From Pseudomonadota bacterium (GTDB lineage: Bacteria; Myxococcota_A; UBA9160; JADFDR01): DNA of 64,000 bases. The translations under genes and the position numbers were made by a program. The notes beneath the pieces are model-generated. The model was not told where the DNA came from. It ran no database searches and saw nothing but the letters and a program-made list of their open reading frames with translations. Positions 10,048 to 20,300 of the stretch are shown piece by piece. The stretch is taken from NCBI GenBank assembly GCA_003353845.1, contig PIVT01000014.1, positions 3,538 through 67,537 of the forward strand, given 5' to 3'. Within the stretch, counting starts at the first letter, position 1; each line of letters opens with the position of its first letter.

Positions 10048-10133
10048 CTGAGATAGTTAAAGCACGGACGAAACACTGATGGCTCGAAGCCTGACCCGTA
10101 AAGATTAAATTTAAGCCCGGATCGAAGACTCCT

Positions 10134-10430
10134 ATGCCGACCTACGAATACCACTGTAAAGCCTGCGATCACGAATTTGAGCTGGAGCAGCGCATTACTG
10201 AAGATGCCATCAAGAAATGTCCCTCCTGCGGAAAGCTGAAGGTACGGCGCTTGATCTCCAGCGGGTCCTCGTTTCAGTTGAAGGGCGGCGGTTGGTACAA
10301 CGACGGCTACCACGGGAAACCCGAAAAGAAAAGCGAGACGAAATCCAGCGACAGCGGAAACAAAGAGAAAGCTACCGTAGATAAGCCGGCTGGCAAAAAA
10401 AGCAGCAGCAAAACCGACGCCAAGAAATAG
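10134..10430 (+). CDS. FmdB-family zinc-ribbon protein with a Lys/Ser-rich tail
   Basis: [16 protein letters not shown]...CPSCG is a CxxC...CxxC zinc ribbon typical of the FmdB/CxxC_CxxC_SSSS family. Confidence 0.75.
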   Translation: MPTYEYHCKACDHEFELEQRITEDAIKKCPSCGKLKVRRLISSGSSFQLKGGGWYNDGYHGKPEKKSETKSSDSGNKEKATVDKPAGKKSSSKTDAKK

Positions 10431-10475
10431 TCGCTCGTTATACTTCCATCCCCCCCACAGGAGAAGGACCCCCCC

Positions 10476-11345
10476 ATGACCGATTCCCCTTCCACCGCTG
10501 TCGTCGCCGACGGCAAAGCCATTGCAGACGATATTCGCTCCCAGATTGCTGATGAGGTAACCAGCCTGGTCGAAGCAGGTCATCGTCCACCACACCTCAC
10601 GGTCGTCCTGGTAGGCGACAACCCCGCCAGTCTCTCCTACATCAAGGGAAAGCAGCGCGCCTGTACACGGGTGGGATTCAGTTCCTCGGAAGCGGACCTC
10701 CCAGAAGACACGGACATGTCGACCTTACTGGCAGTAATTGACCGGCTGAATGAAGACGACGGTGTTGACGGCATCCTGGTTCAGCTGCCCCTGCCCTCGG
10801 GCCTTTCGGCCGACGCCGTAGCCCTGGCCATTGATCCGGCCAAAGATGTGGATGGCTTGCACCCCGTCAATGCGGGCAAACTCATGGCCGGTCAACCCGG
10901 GCTGTACGCCTGCACGCCACTGGGCATCATGGAAGTCTTGGACCGCCACAAGGTGGCCTTGAAAGGCGCTCAAGCCGTCGTCATCGGCCGCAGCAATATC
11001 GTGGGCAAACCTATTTCCATGCTGCTGCAACAGCGCCACGCCACTGTCACCATGTGCCATTCGCGCACGCGCGACATCGCCGCGCTCTGCCGTGAAGCCG
11101 ACGTGGTTGTAGCGGCCACCGGTGTGGCCCGCATGGTGAAAGCCGATTGGATTCGACCCGGCGCGACCGTCATTGATGTGGGCGTCTCTGTCATCGACGG
11201 AAAACTCGTCGGCGATATCGACCTGGAGGGAGTATCCAAGGTGGCAGGTTTGGTCACGCCACCGCGCGGTGGCGTGGGCCCCCTCACCATCACCATGTTG
11301 CTCAAGAACACCCTCCAAGCCTATCGCGACCGCAAGGGGCTCTAA
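10476..11345 (+). CDS. folD: bifunctional methylenetetrahydrofolate dehydrogenase/cyclohydrolase
   Basis: 289 aa. HLTVVLVGDNPASLSYIKGK, VIGRSNIVGKP and PGGVGPLT motifs. Confidence 0.92.
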   Translation: MTDSPSTAVVADGKAIADDIRSQIADEVTSLVEAGHRPPHLTVVLVGDNPASLSYIKGKQRACTRVGFSSSEADLPEDTDMSTLLAVIDRLNEDDGVDGILVQLPLPSGLSADAVALAIDPAKDVDGLHPVNAGKLMAGQPGLYACTPLGIMEVLDRHKVALKGAQAVVIGRSNIVGKPISMLLQQRHATVTMCHSRTRDIAALCREADVVVAATGVARMVKADWIRPGATVIDVGVSVIDGKLVGDIDLEGVSKVAGLVTPPRGGVGPLTITMLLKNTLQAYRDRKGL

Positions 11346-11390
11346 CCCAGCCCGACCGCAACGCTTGAACCTGACCCACCCGGGGGCGCC

Positions 11391-12473
11391 ATGAGCGACG
11401 AGAGAAAAACACCGCTGTACGACCTTCACTGTGAACTCGGCGCGCGCATGGTTCCCTTCGCCGGCTTCGCCATGCCGGTGCAATATTCGTCCATCGTCAC
11501 CGAACACAAAGCCGTGCGCGAGCAAGCGGGGCTCTTTGATGTTTCGCACATGGGACAGATTCACTTCCAAGGCCCCGAAGCCCTGGCCTGCGTGGAGAGA
11601 CTCATCACCTGCCCCGTGGCCAGCATGGCCCACGGCCAGGTGCGCTACGGCTTGCTTTGCAACGACGCCGGCGGTGTGGTGGACGATGTCACGGTGTACC
11701 GAGTTGCCGATGACCACTTCTTTTTGTGTGTGAACGCCGCCAATATCGAAAAAGATGAAGCCTGGATTCGCGCGCACTGCCCCGACGAAGCCGGTGTCAA
11801 TAATCGCAGCGACGAGTTGGGGCTGCTCGCCTTACAGGGTCCCCAGAGTCCGGCCATCCTGGCCAGCCTCACCGATTTCGATCTCGACAGCTTGCGCCGC
11901 TATCGCTTTGCCGAAGCCAAGGTCAAAGGCGTCCCCGTATTGATTTCACGCACGGGATACACGGGCAGCGACGGTTTTGAACTCTATGTGGACGCCAGCG
12001 ACAGCGCCGACCTGTTTGGCGCCCTGCTCAATGCGGGAGAACCCCATGGCTTGATCCCTGCAGGCTTGGGCGCACGCGACACGCTGCGCCTGGAAGCCGC
12101 CATGCCCTTGTACGGACACGAGCTGGACGACGAGCGCTCACCTCTGGCCGCAGGGTTGGATCGCTTCATCAAATTAAAGGCCGGGGGCTTCATCGGCGCG
12201 GAAGCCGTGACCTCCGCCAAGGAACAGGGTCTCGACAGCAGCTTGGTTGGTTTTGAGCTCTTGGACAAAGGTGTCGCCAGAGCCGACTACGCCGTTGAAA
12301 AAGACGGCCAAGAGGTTGGAAGGGTCACCTCGGGGGCACCCTCGCCCGCCTTGGGCAAGTCCATTGGCTTGGCCTATGTCGCCAAGGGTCTGTCCGAACC
12401 GGGCACAGAACTCGACGTGATCGTGCGGGGTCGAGCCCTGCGCGCAAAGGTGGTTACCACTCCTTTTTTATAG
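11391..12473 (+). CDS. gcvT: glycine cleavage system aminomethyltransferase T
   Basis: 360 aa. TPLYDLH...GARMVPFAGFAMPVQY and GLFDVSHMG motifs. Confidence 0.92.
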   Translation: MSDERKTPLYDLHCELGARMVPFAGFAMPVQYSSIVTEHKAVREQAGLFDVSHMGQIHFQGPEALACVERLITCPVASMAHGQVRYGLLCNDAGGVVDDVTVYRVADDHFFLCVNAANIEKDEAWIRAHCPDEAGVNNRSDELGLLALQGPQSPAILASLTDFDLDSLRRYRFAEAKVKGVPVLISRTGYTGSDGFELYVDASDSADLFGALLNAGEPHGLIPAGLGARDTLRLEAAMPLYGHELDDERSPLAAGLDRFIKLKAGGFIGAEAVTSAKEQGLDSSLVGFELLDKGVARADYAVEKDGQEVGRVTSGAPSPALGKSIGLAYVAKGLSEPGTELDVIVRGRALRAKVVTTPFL

Positions 12474-12584
12474 TCGAATTTATCGCCGAGCCCCATAGTC
12501 GGCCCTCGTGGTTTTCGGTAGCTTGCCCGACTCAATCACAATCCAGTCACACCCTGACATAAAGACCCAGGAGAGTTCCGCGCC

Positions 12585-12983
12585 ATGGCTGATTACACGA
12601 TTCCCGATGACCTGCGTTACAGCGAAGACGACGAGTGGACACGCACCGACGGCGACATCGTCGAAATCGGCGTCACCGATTATGCCCAGGATCAATTGGG
12701 GGACATCGTATTTGTCGAGCTGCCCGAAGTGGGCGCCTCCTTCGAACAGGGCGCTCCCTTTGGCGTCATCGAATCCGTCAAGGCGGTCTCTGATCTTTAC
12801 GCCCCCGTGAGCGGAACCATCACGCAGGTCAACGACAGCTTGGTCGACAACCCCGAGCAAGTGAACGAAGACTGCTACCAGTCCGGATGGATCGTTAAAA
12901 TCCAGTGCAGCAATAGCGCCGAACTCGGTGAGTTGCTCGACGCCGCGACCTATAGCTCCAGCGTCACAGACCGAACGAGCTAA
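12585..12983 (+). CDS. gcvH: glycine cleavage system H protein
   Basis: 132 aa. Lipoyl-lysine motif ESVKAVSDLYAPVSG. Confidence 0.92.
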   Translation: MADYTIPDDLRYSEDDEWTRTDGDIVEIGVTDYAQDQLGDIVFVELPEVGASFEQGAPFGVIESVKAVSDLYAPVSGTITQVNDSLVDNPEQVNEDCYQSGWIVKIQCSNSAELGELLDAATYSSSVTDRTS

Positions 12984-12984
12984 G

Positions 12985-14352
12985 ATGGCCTACAACCCTC
13001 ACACAGACGCAGATGTTGCCTCCATGCTCGAGGTCATCGGCCAGCCCTCCATCGAGGCGCTGTTCCGAAACCTGCCCGAGAAAATCCGACTCCAACAAGA
13101 CCTGGCCTTACCCAGCGCACTCTCCGAGCAAGAAATTCTCGAAGAATTGGAAGCGCGCGCTGCACACAATGCCAATTTGTCCAATTACACTTATTTCTTA
13201 GGGGCGGGAACCTATCCACACTTCTCCCCCAGCGCCGTCGACTCCCTGATCTCACGCTCGGAGTTCTACACGGCCTACACGCCTTACCAGCCAGAAATCA
13301 GCCAGGGATCACTGCAAGCCATCTTTGAGTGGCAGACCATGATCACCATGCTCACGGGTCTCGACGCCGCGAATGCCTCCTTGTATGACGGTGCCTCGGC
13401 AGCCGCCGAAGCGGCCCTCATGGCGCTGCGCGTAAAACGCGGGCGCAAGAAAGTCGTCGTGGCGGGATTGCATCCGCATTACCGAGAAGTGTTAGACACG
13501 TATCTGGCCGCCCTCGGGGTCGAAATCGTAACGGTTCCCTATACCAAAGACGGACGCGCGCAAGCCATCGCAGATTTCGTCGACGATCAAACGGCCTGCG
13601 TACTCATTCAGCAACCCAATTTCCTGGGCTGCGTCGAAGACGTGCAACTGGCAGCACAAGCCGTGCAAGAAGCGGGCGCGCTTTTGGTGGGTGTCGTGAC
13701 CGAAGCACTTTCCATGGCGCTACTCCGACCCTTGGGTGAACTGGGGGCCGACATTGTTTGCGGCGAAGCGCAGAGCTTCGGACTGCCCATGAATTTTGGT
13801 GGCCCACATCTTGGATTCATGGCCACGCGCTCCAAGTTCCTGCGCCAGATGCCGGGACGCTTGGTGGGAGAGACCGTAGATCTTCGAGGAAAACGCGGCT
13901 TTGTCCTCACCCTCTCCACACGCGAACAACATATCCGACGCGAGAAAGCCACGTCGAACATCTGCACCAACCAAGGTTTGTGCTTACTCATGGCTACGAT
14001 TTATCTTTCGCTCATGGGTCGGCAGGGCCTGCAAAAGCTTGCGCGCTTGAACTTTTCCAAGGCCGAGTACGCCAAACAACGCGTGCGCGAAACGGCGGGC
14101 CTCGACCTCCCCCTCAGCGCGCCCAGCTTCAATGAGTTTGTCATCCGTGTTCCAGATTCCGCAGAAGCCGCGCTACTGCGCGCGCAAGAAAACCAACTCA
14201 TCGGCGGATTGGACTTAACGGCCTACTCCAACAAGATCGACAAGACCGACGACTTCGATCTGGGCCCGGCCGTGCTGGTTTGCTTTACCGAATTGGCCAA
14301 GCGCGAAGATATCGATCGTCTGTGCCAGGCACTCGCGGGGGACGACGCATGA
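12985..14352 (+). CDS. gcvPA: glycine dehydrogenase (decarboxylating) subunit 1
   Basis: Start at ATG 12985 (MAYNPHTDADV), 1 nt after the gcvH stop. Split P-protein N-terminal subunit. Confidence 0.92.
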   Translation: MAYNPHTDADVASMLEVIGQPSIEALFRNLPEKIRLQQDLALPSALSEQEILEELEARAAHNANLSNYTYFLGAGTYPHFSPSAVDSLISRSEFYTAYTPYQPEISQGSLQAIFEWQTMITMLTGLDAANASLYDGASAAAEAALMALRVKRGRKKVVVAGLHPHYREVLDTYLAALGVEIVTVPYTKDGRAQAIADFVDDQTACVLIQQPNFLGCVEDVQLAAQAVQEAGALLVGVVTEALSMALLRPLGELGADIVCGEAQSFGLPMNFGGPHLGFMATRSKFLRQMPGRLVGETVDLRGKRGFVLTLSTREQHIRREKATSNICTNQGLCLLMATIYLSLMGRQGLQKLARLNFSKAEYAKQRVRETAGLDLPLSAPSFNEFVIRVPDSAEAALLRAQENQLIGGLDLTAYSNKIDKTDDFDLGPAVLVCFTELAKREDIDRLCQALAGDDA

Positions 14353-15884
14353 CGGATTCCACTACGTTCCCTAGTACGTACCCTGCTGCTGGAGTGGGCA
14401 TCGCCACTCGCGGAATGAGCCTGGAAGAGCCGCTGCTGTTTGAGAGCAGCCGACCGGGCGCCGTGGGCTACTCGCTGCCCAAAGCTGACGTGCCCGACTG
14501 CGATCCGGCCAGCGTGCTACCCGACGAGTTTTTGCGCGAGGACATTCCGAACTTCCCCGAACTCTCCGAGCCCGAAGTGGTTCGCCACTTCACTCGCATG
14601 TCCACCTGGAACGCCGCCGTCGACTTGGGATTGTATCCTTTGGGCTCTTGCACCATGAAGTACAACCCCAAGGTCAACGAGCGCGTAGCTCGCCTCAGTG
14701 GTTTTGCCAACACCCACCCCCTTCAAGCTCAAGAACTCTCCCAAGGACTCTTGGGCAGCATGATGGATTTGAGTGAGTACCTGGCCGAGGTGGCTGGCTT
14801 CGACCACGTGACCTTGCAACCGGCGGCTGGTGCACAGGGTGAGTTGGCGGGCGTCATGATGATTCGCGCGTATCACGAAGCGCGCGGCGAACAACGCACC
14901 AAGATCCTTATTCCCGATACGGCCCACGGCACCAACCCCGCAAGCGCCGCCTTGAACGGTTACGACACCATCTCCATCCCGACGGGAGACGATGGCATTT
15001 TGCATCCCGAGGCCATCGAGCCTCTCATGGGCCCTGATGTGGCGGGCTTGATGATCACCAACCCCAACACCCTGGGTTTGTTTGAAGAGAACCTGGTCGA
15101 AATCGCCAAGATCGTCCACAACCAAGGCGGTCTGATCTACGGCGACGGCGCCAACTTAAACGCCCTCATGGGCATCGCGCGTCCGGGCGACCTGGGCATC
15201 GACGTCATGCACTTCAACCTGCACAAAACCTTCACCACCCCTCATGGAGGTGGCGGACCCGGCTCTGGACCCGTTGGCATTAAAGCCCACTTGGAGCCCT
15301 TCCTGCCCAAGCCCGTCTTGCGCACACACGAAGACGGTGGCGTCTTCCTGGATAACGATCGCCCGCAGTCCATCGGTCGCCTGCATGGCAACCTGGGCAA
15401 TGTGGGCATGATGACACGCGCCCTTACCTACATTCGTTTCATGGGACCCGACGGACTGAAGCGCTCCACGGAGATGGCTGTGCTCAACGCGAACTACGTC
15501 GCCGCACGCCTCAAGGATCGATTCGTTCTGGCCACAGGCGATCGCCCCGTCATGCACGAATGCGTGTTTTCCGACGAGCACCTCGAAGGCACCGATGTGA
15601 CCACTATGGATGTGGCCAAGCGCCTCATCGATTACGGCTACCACCCACCCACAACCTACTTCCCGCTCATCGTGCATGGCGCGCTCATGATTGAACCCAC
15701 CGAGAGCGAAAGCCGCGAATCCTTGGACTGTTTCATCGCCGCCTTGCTGGCCATCGATGACGAAGCACGGCGAGATCCCGGCTTACTGCACAAGGCACCG
15801 CACAACACTCGCCTCACGCGCTTGGATGAAACACGTGCCGCGCGCAAGCCGATCCTGCGCTGGTCACCGGGAAGTGGAGAGTAA
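14349..15884 (+). CDS. gcvPB: glycine dehydrogenase (decarboxylating) subunit 2
   Basis: ATGA overlap with gcvPA. PLP-lysine region NLHKTFTTPHGGGGPG. Confidence 0.92.
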   Translation: MTDSTTFPSTYPAAGVGIATRGMSLEEPLLFESSRPGAVGYSLPKADVPDCDPASVLPDEFLREDIPNFPELSEPEVVRHFTRMSTWNAAVDLGLYPLGSCTMKYNPKVNERVARLSGFANTHPLQAQELSQGLLGSMMDLSEYLAEVAGFDHVTLQPAAGAQGELAGVMMIRAYHEARGEQRTKILIPDTAHGTNPASAALNGYDTISIPTGDDGILHPEAIEPLMGPDVAGLMITNPNTLGLFEENLVEIAKIVHNQGGLIYGDGANLNALMGIARPGDLGIDVMHFNLHKTFTTPHGGGGPGSGPVGIKAHLEPFLPKPVLRTHEDGGVFLDNDRPQSIGRLHGNLGNVGMMTRALTYIRFMGPDGLKRSTEMAVLNANYVAARLKDRFVLATGDRPVMHECVFSDEHLEGTDVTTMDVAKRLIDYGYHPPTTYFPLIVHGALMIEPTESESRESLDCFIAALLAIDDEARRDPGLLHKAPHNTRLTRLDETRAARKPILRWSPGSGE

Positions 15885-15888
15885 GAGG

Positions 15889-16764
15889 CTAATCGTCGAT
15901 ACGGGTGCGGGCCAATTCGGCCAGGGGACCTTCGGGATCCAACTCCAACACCTTGCGCCAATGGTTTAGCGCGCGCGCCTCACGATCTAGTTTTTCGTAC
16001 AAGAGGGCCAAACTGCGATGCAACTCTGGAAGTTCGGGGTCAATGCGCAAGCTTTTCTCAAAATGCCAGAGCGCCTGTTCATTGGCACCCTCTTCTTCCA
16101 ACAGACTGCCCAGATTATAACGTGACTCGATATGATCCCGATCGATGGACAGCGCATTCTCATAACACTCGCGCGCACGACCAAAATTTCCCTGCTGATG
16201 ATAGACCGCACCGAGATTGCAGTGAGCGTCTGTAAAATCCGGCACCAGTTCGATGCATTTTTGATAGGCCACAATGGCCTCGCTGTACGTGTCGGAATCT
16301 CCATCGAGTTGAAAGGCACGCTCAAACCATTCCAAGCCGATGTTGGCATCGCCTCCCAAAACGGACGGAGACTCCTCTTCCTGAATGGGAGGCAGCGTAA
16401 AATCGATCACCTGTTGCCCATCGGGTTGGTAGAGCGTGTCTCCCACACGTACGACGACTCGATCCGAGCCCTCCACCCACACTTCAAGGGATTCCAAGGG
16501 CTGTTCGATCTCGGGCAGGCAAGCTCGCAAGGAAGCTAGATTCATGCGAATGCGACGAAGGGGAAGCCCTACCTCCAGCAATGCACAAATGGCCTTGATA
16601 CAGACCAGGTCCTTGAATTCGAAGAATTCTTCCTCTGGGCCGGATTTATTACCACTGTTCACCCGGCTGATAGAGACCAGGTCTGTCCGCACCCAGTAGC
16701 GCAAGCGTCCCGGGGAGATCTTAAAAACCTTAGCTATTTTGGGTAGCGTATAATCCGTCTTCAC
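15889..16764 (-). CDS. MerR-type HTH protein fused to TPR repeats
   Basis: The N-terminus YTLPKIAKVFKISPGRLRYWVRTDLV looks like a MerR HTH. The C-terminal half has repeated TPR-like A..Y/F..A...P units. Confidence 0.7.
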   Translation of the reverse strand: MKTDYTLPKIAKVFKISPGRLRYWVRTDLVSISRVNSGNKSGPEEEFFEFKDLVCIKAICALLEVGLPLRRIRMNLASLRACLPEIEQPLESLEVWVEGSDRVVVRVGDTLYQPDGQQVIDFTLPPIQEEESPSVLGGDANIGLEWFERAFQLDGDSDTYSEAIVAYQKCIELVPDFTDAHCNLGAVYHQQGNFGRARECYENALSIDRDHIESRYNLGSLLEEEGANEQALWHFEKSLRIDPELPELHRSLALLYEKLDREARALNHWRKVLELDPEGPLAELARTRIDD

Positions 16765-17002
16765 GTCGTCATTGTATCTCGGCTACTCGCGCTTATCCCG
16801 CCAAAGACGACGGTTTTTCACCCCCTCAGCGGGATTTTGCCCTGTTTACTATCATGCAAGATGGCCGTTTTTCCGTATAATAGAGGGAGACTCAATGGAG
16901 ATCAGGCAAGTTCTTTCACTAACCAGGAGGAGGAATTTAGCGCCAGTGCCGTACAGTCAGAGCGAAGTCAGAGTGTCGAAAACAAGCAACTAAGGAGAAG
17001 TA

Positions 17003-17404
17003 ATGACTCTGAGCCGTAACACGGTTGTAAATTTCAAAGATGTCCCAAACAGCCCAGCAGTTCGTTCATTTATCGAAGAGCGTTGCGAACAACTCGCTGA
17101 AGAATTCCCAGAAGAACTTTGTTTCGAAGTTACGATTATTCCTGAAGGAGACGGATTTACTGCCCACGGCCACGTAACTGGCCGAGATATAGACGTTGCA
17201 GCCAATCACGATTGGGAAAACGAGGCTGGCAAAGCAGCAGATCAAATTATTGAGAAGCTCCATTCACAACTGCGCAAGCAGCACGACAAGCGCCTTTTTA
17301 ATCACCGCCGTGCCGCAAGAAACGGGCAAAACAAGCGCAATATCAACGCCGTGATGGAAGAGCTTCAGGACGACCACGCCACGGAAGAAGCCGCCGAAGG
17401 TTAA
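17003..17404 (+). CDS. ribosome hibernation factor-like (HPF/RaiA family) protein
   Basis: 133 aa. Alternating beta-alpha pattern with a basic C-terminal tail (KLHSQLRKQHDKR) as in sigma-54 modulation/S30EA proteins. Similarity judged by eye only. Confidence 0.5.
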   Translation: MTLSRNTVVNFKDVPNSPAVRSFIEERCEQLAEEFPEELCFEVTIIPEGDGFTAHGHVTGRDIDVAANHDWENEAGKAADQIIEKLHSQLRKQHDKRLFNHRRAARNGQNKRNINAVMEELQDDHATEEAAEG

Positions 17405-17423
17405 GCACCAAGGAAGAACAAAC

Positions 17424-17470
17424 AAAAGGGCGGGAACGGTTCAACCGTTCCCGCCCTTTCTGCTTTTAAC
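17424..17470. terminator. bidirectional rho-independent terminator between convergent genes
   Basis: 12-13 bp GC-rich stem GGGCGGGAACGG(T)/(A)CCGTTCCCGCCC (17428..17456), flanked by AAAA upstream and TTTCTGCTTTT downstream. Confidence 0.8.
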
Positions 17471-17519
17471 CTGGCCCGAGGACAGAACACCCGAACTTCT
17501 GTCGCGTTTCACGACAGCG

Positions 17520-18809
17520 CTAAGAATCGCTTGGCGGCTTGGGGAGTGCGTTGGGTCGAGCCAGGTAGAAGCCCTGCCCGTAAGCAATCCCCAGCGACTT
17601 CACGGCCTCGCACTCTGCCGAGGTTTCGATTCCCTCCGCAACAATTTGTGAACCGATTTTTTTAGCCACGGCCTCCAGCGCTACCAGCAATTCCTGGCGA
17701 GGCGGATCATCTTCGATGGAACGAACCAAGAAGTGATCCAACTTGATGTAATCTGGAGCCAATTCCATTACGGCGCGCAAACTGGCATAACCCGCACCCG
17801 TGTCATCCAAGGCCACACCTATACCCAGGTTCGCGTAGTAATCCCGGGCCTCGCGGAAGATGGTGAAGTTGTCGATGGACTCCCGCTCAGAAATCTCTAA
17901 CACAAGGTCTTCGGGCGCCAACTCAATGCTGTCCAGCAAGCGCGTCAGGTGATCCCCACGAAAACTCGGGTCGTGAATGGCTGTGGGCAAGCAGTTTAGA
18001 AATAGCTTCGTATTGGCGGGAAGGGTGCGCGCATTCTCAAGCCCATGGCGTCGACACAGGTTGTCGAGATCAAAGAGAAGGCCCGTCTCTTTTCCCGTGG
18101 TAAAGAGGTCGTCGGCGCAGTACATCCCGGAAGTATGATGCGGTCGCACCAGAGCCTCATAGGCAAATACTTCTTCCGTGCGCAGATCAAAAATCGGCTG
18201 GTACACCATGGTGACATCACCTGCCAGGACCAGCTTGGTGAGTGCATTCCGTCGCCGGCGTGCGCCGAGTTTAGCTCCCAATCTGGATTCCTGGCGAGCC
18301 TGCTCTAACAGGCGGAAGAGTTGTCGTTCTCCGCGCAAAATAGGATTGTGCAAGGAGGCTGCAAAACCGACGGGCAAGCGCTTGGTCGTGCCGTAGTAGG
18401 GATGCAATACACGGCCGCGAATCTTCTCAAAGGCAGCTTCCAGACCCGTGGCAATGCGTGGCAATACTTCAGAAAAAAAGTCGGGATCGCTGCGCGGTCG
18501 AAACAATAAGATGATGATTTCATTGCTGCCGGATTCGCTCGTCAGGATGGAATCCTGGCCCCGCATTTGATCGCCCACAACATCGCGCACCATGATCGTC
18601 AGATCTTCCATGACGTTCTGGTAGGCCTCGGAGCCATAGTGGATCTCGATTTCTTCCAGGGGTGCGCCGTCGATTAACACAAGCCCAGCCGTTCCGACGT
18701 CCTCTAAGGCCTCGGACATCACGTCCATGACCATACCAAAGGGTGTCAGAGCGGTTCCCCCCTCTGTTGCACATCGAATATCTCCGGGATTCGTGCGGCT
18801 TGCCATCAC
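17520..18809 (-). CDS. degenerate GGDEF - EAL domain protein (c-di-GMP phosphodiesterase)
   Basis: EALVRP motif, with DDTGAGYASL and QGFYLARP in the EAL half. The GGDEF position reads SGSNEI, so it is predicted cyclase-inactive. Confidence 0.8.
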   Translation of the reverse strand: MMASRTNPGDIRCATEGGTALTPFGMVMDVMSEALEDVGTAGLVLIDGAPLEEIEIHYGSEAYQNVMEDLTIMVRDVVGDQMRGQDSILTSESGSNEIIILLFRPRSDPDFFSEVLPRIATGLEAAFEKIRGRVLHPYYGTTKRLPVGFAASLHNPILRGERQLFRLLEQARQESRLGAKLGARRRRNALTKLVLAGDVTMVYQPIFDLRTEEVFAYEALVRPHHTSGMYCADDLFTTGKETGLLFDLDNLCRRHGLENARTLPANTKLFLNCLPTAIHDPSFRGDHLTRLLDSIELAPEDLVLEISERESIDNFTIFREARDYYANLGIGVALDDTGAGYASLRAVMELAPDYIKLDHFLVRSIEDDPPRQELLVALEAVAKKIGSQIVAEGIETSAECEAVKSLGIAYGQGFYLARPNALPKPPSDS

Positions 18810-18882
18810 CGGCTTATCGGTAACTGCGAGATCAATCTGTTGGGGTTAAAGGGGAATTCTGGTTTTCAAAGGCCTTGACCAA

Positions 18883-19050
18883 CTATTGAAGTCGTCCCAA
18901 TTCCTCAATAATCAAGGTAAGCGTGATTTGATTGTCACTCTCGCTCTGCCCGAGCTGCACCACGCGCAGGCCTCCTTCTTCCAAGAGCGCATTGACGGCA
19001 TCCTCAACCTCTTTGGCCACCCCGCGCAAGACGATGCATCGCATTGACAT
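18883..19050 (-). CDS. small hypothetical protein (55 aa)
   Basis: Start at MSMRCIVL (19050), 44 nt downstream of the MoeB stop and co-oriented with it. No recognisable motif and no C-terminal GG. Confidence 0.3.
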   Translation of the reverse strand: MSMRCIVLRGVAKEVEDAVNALLEEGGLRVVQLGQSESDNQITLTLIIEELGRLQ

Positions 19051-19093
19051 CACAACTCTCCACAGGTCTCCCACCCCCTCTGGGGAAGAGACT

Positions 19094-20224
19094 CTATTCG
19101 CGCTCCCAGGCCTCGATTCCACCGGCCAGATTGCGAAGGTCCGAAAAGCCCTGTTTTTTCAATAGCTCACAGGCCTTCAAACTGCGTCCTCCCTTGGCAC
19201 AATGCACAATCACCGGCTTTTCTTGCCATTGGAGCACCTCACTCAGTCGCTGCTCCAACTGCGCCAGTGGGATCCTCAGCGTCCCCTCAATGGCATTCTG
19301 TGCCACCTCATCCGGCTCGCGTACATCGAGGAAAAGAAAGCTCTCCCCAATGGAGCCCAGCCGCTTCACCTCTAAAGGAGGGATTTCTCGGATGGGCGGG
19401 CCCTCGGAGGGTTGCTCCACACCACAAAACTGATGGTAGTCGATCAGCTCACGAATTATGGGCGATTCCCCACACACGGGACAAGTAGGATCTTTGCGAA
19501 TGCGAAATTCAGTGAACTCCATGGCCAGGGCATCGTATTGAATCAGGCGACCCGCCAGGGAGCGGCCCAGCCCGGAGATGAGCTTCAGGGTCTCCGTCGC
19601 TTGAATCATGGCAATCATGCCGGGCAGCACACCCAAGACTCCACCCTCAGCGCAGGAGGGCGCCAGATGGGGAGGAGGAGGCTCTGGGAAAAGGCAGCGA
19701 TAACAAGGCCCATTGGCGGGGTCGAACAAGGTGGCTTGCCCTTCAAAGCGAAAAATCGACCCATGTACATTGGGCTTGCCCAACATCACACAAGCGTCGT
19801 TCACCAAGTAGCGCGTGGGGAAATTGTCACTGCCATCCACGACAACATCGTACTGACTCAAAATATCCATGGCGTTGGCCGAGGACAGACGCAGTTCGTA
19901 GGTTTCCAGGGCGATGTCCGGGTTGAGGGAATGGATGCGTTGGGAAGCTATTTTGGCCTTGGGCTCCCCCACATCCGAGGTGCCGTACAAGATCTGCCGC
20001 TGCAGGTTCGACAGATCGACGTAATCAAACTCCACCAGGCCCAGACTTCCCACGCCGGCCGCCGCGAGATACAAGGCCGTAGGTGAGCCCAAACCGCCGC
20101 CACCAATGAGCAAAACGCGGGCCGCCAGCAGCTTCTGCTGCCCCTCCTCGCCAAACTCAGGAAGGCTTAGGTGGCGCTTGTAGCGCAAGAATTGCTCACC
20201 ATTCAGTCGAGTCGATCCAGCCAT
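19094..20224 (-). CDS. moeB: ThiF/MoeB-type adenylyltransferase fused to a rhodanese domain
   Basis: LLIGGGGLGSP nucleotide loop and two CxxC pairs (CYRC, CPVC). The C-terminal rhodanese has active-site VHCAKGGRS. Start set at MAGSTRL (20224). Confidence 0.85.
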   Translation of the reverse strand: MAGSTRLNGEQFLRYKRHLSLPEFGEEGQQKLLAARVLLIGGGGLGSPTALYLAAAGVGSLGLVEFDYVDLSNLQRQILYGTSDVGEPKAKIASQRIHSLNPDIALETYELRLSSANAMDILSQYDVVVDGSDNFPTRYLVNDACVMLGKPNVHGSIFRFEGQATLFDPANGPCYRCLFPEPPPPHLAPSCAEGGVLGVLPGMIAMIQATETLKLISGLGRSLAGRLIQYDALAMEFTEFRIRKDPTCPVCGESPIIRELIDYHQFCGVEQPSEGPPIREIPPLEVKRLGSIGESFLFLDVREPDEVAQNAIEGTLRIPLAQLEQRLSEVLQWQEKPVIVHCAKGGRSLKACELLKKQGFSDLRNLAGGIEAWERE

Positions 20225-20300
20225 GGGGAGTACGCTAACGGAGGGCATCCACCACCCGCAAGGCGACGGCTTGCCGCAGGCCGAGTTTCCAGTCAAACCC

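Noticed and set aside
11346-11390. Expected glycine riboswitch ahead of gcvT
   Set aside because: Only 45 nt separate folD and gcvT, which is too short for the aptamer. No conserved riboswitch core was seen in the 110-nt gcvT-gcvH gap either.
10725-11777. 350-aa minus-strand ORF across folD/gcvT
   Set aside because: It is antisense to two confidently identified genes. Its H/G/A/R-rich low-complexity product has no motifs.
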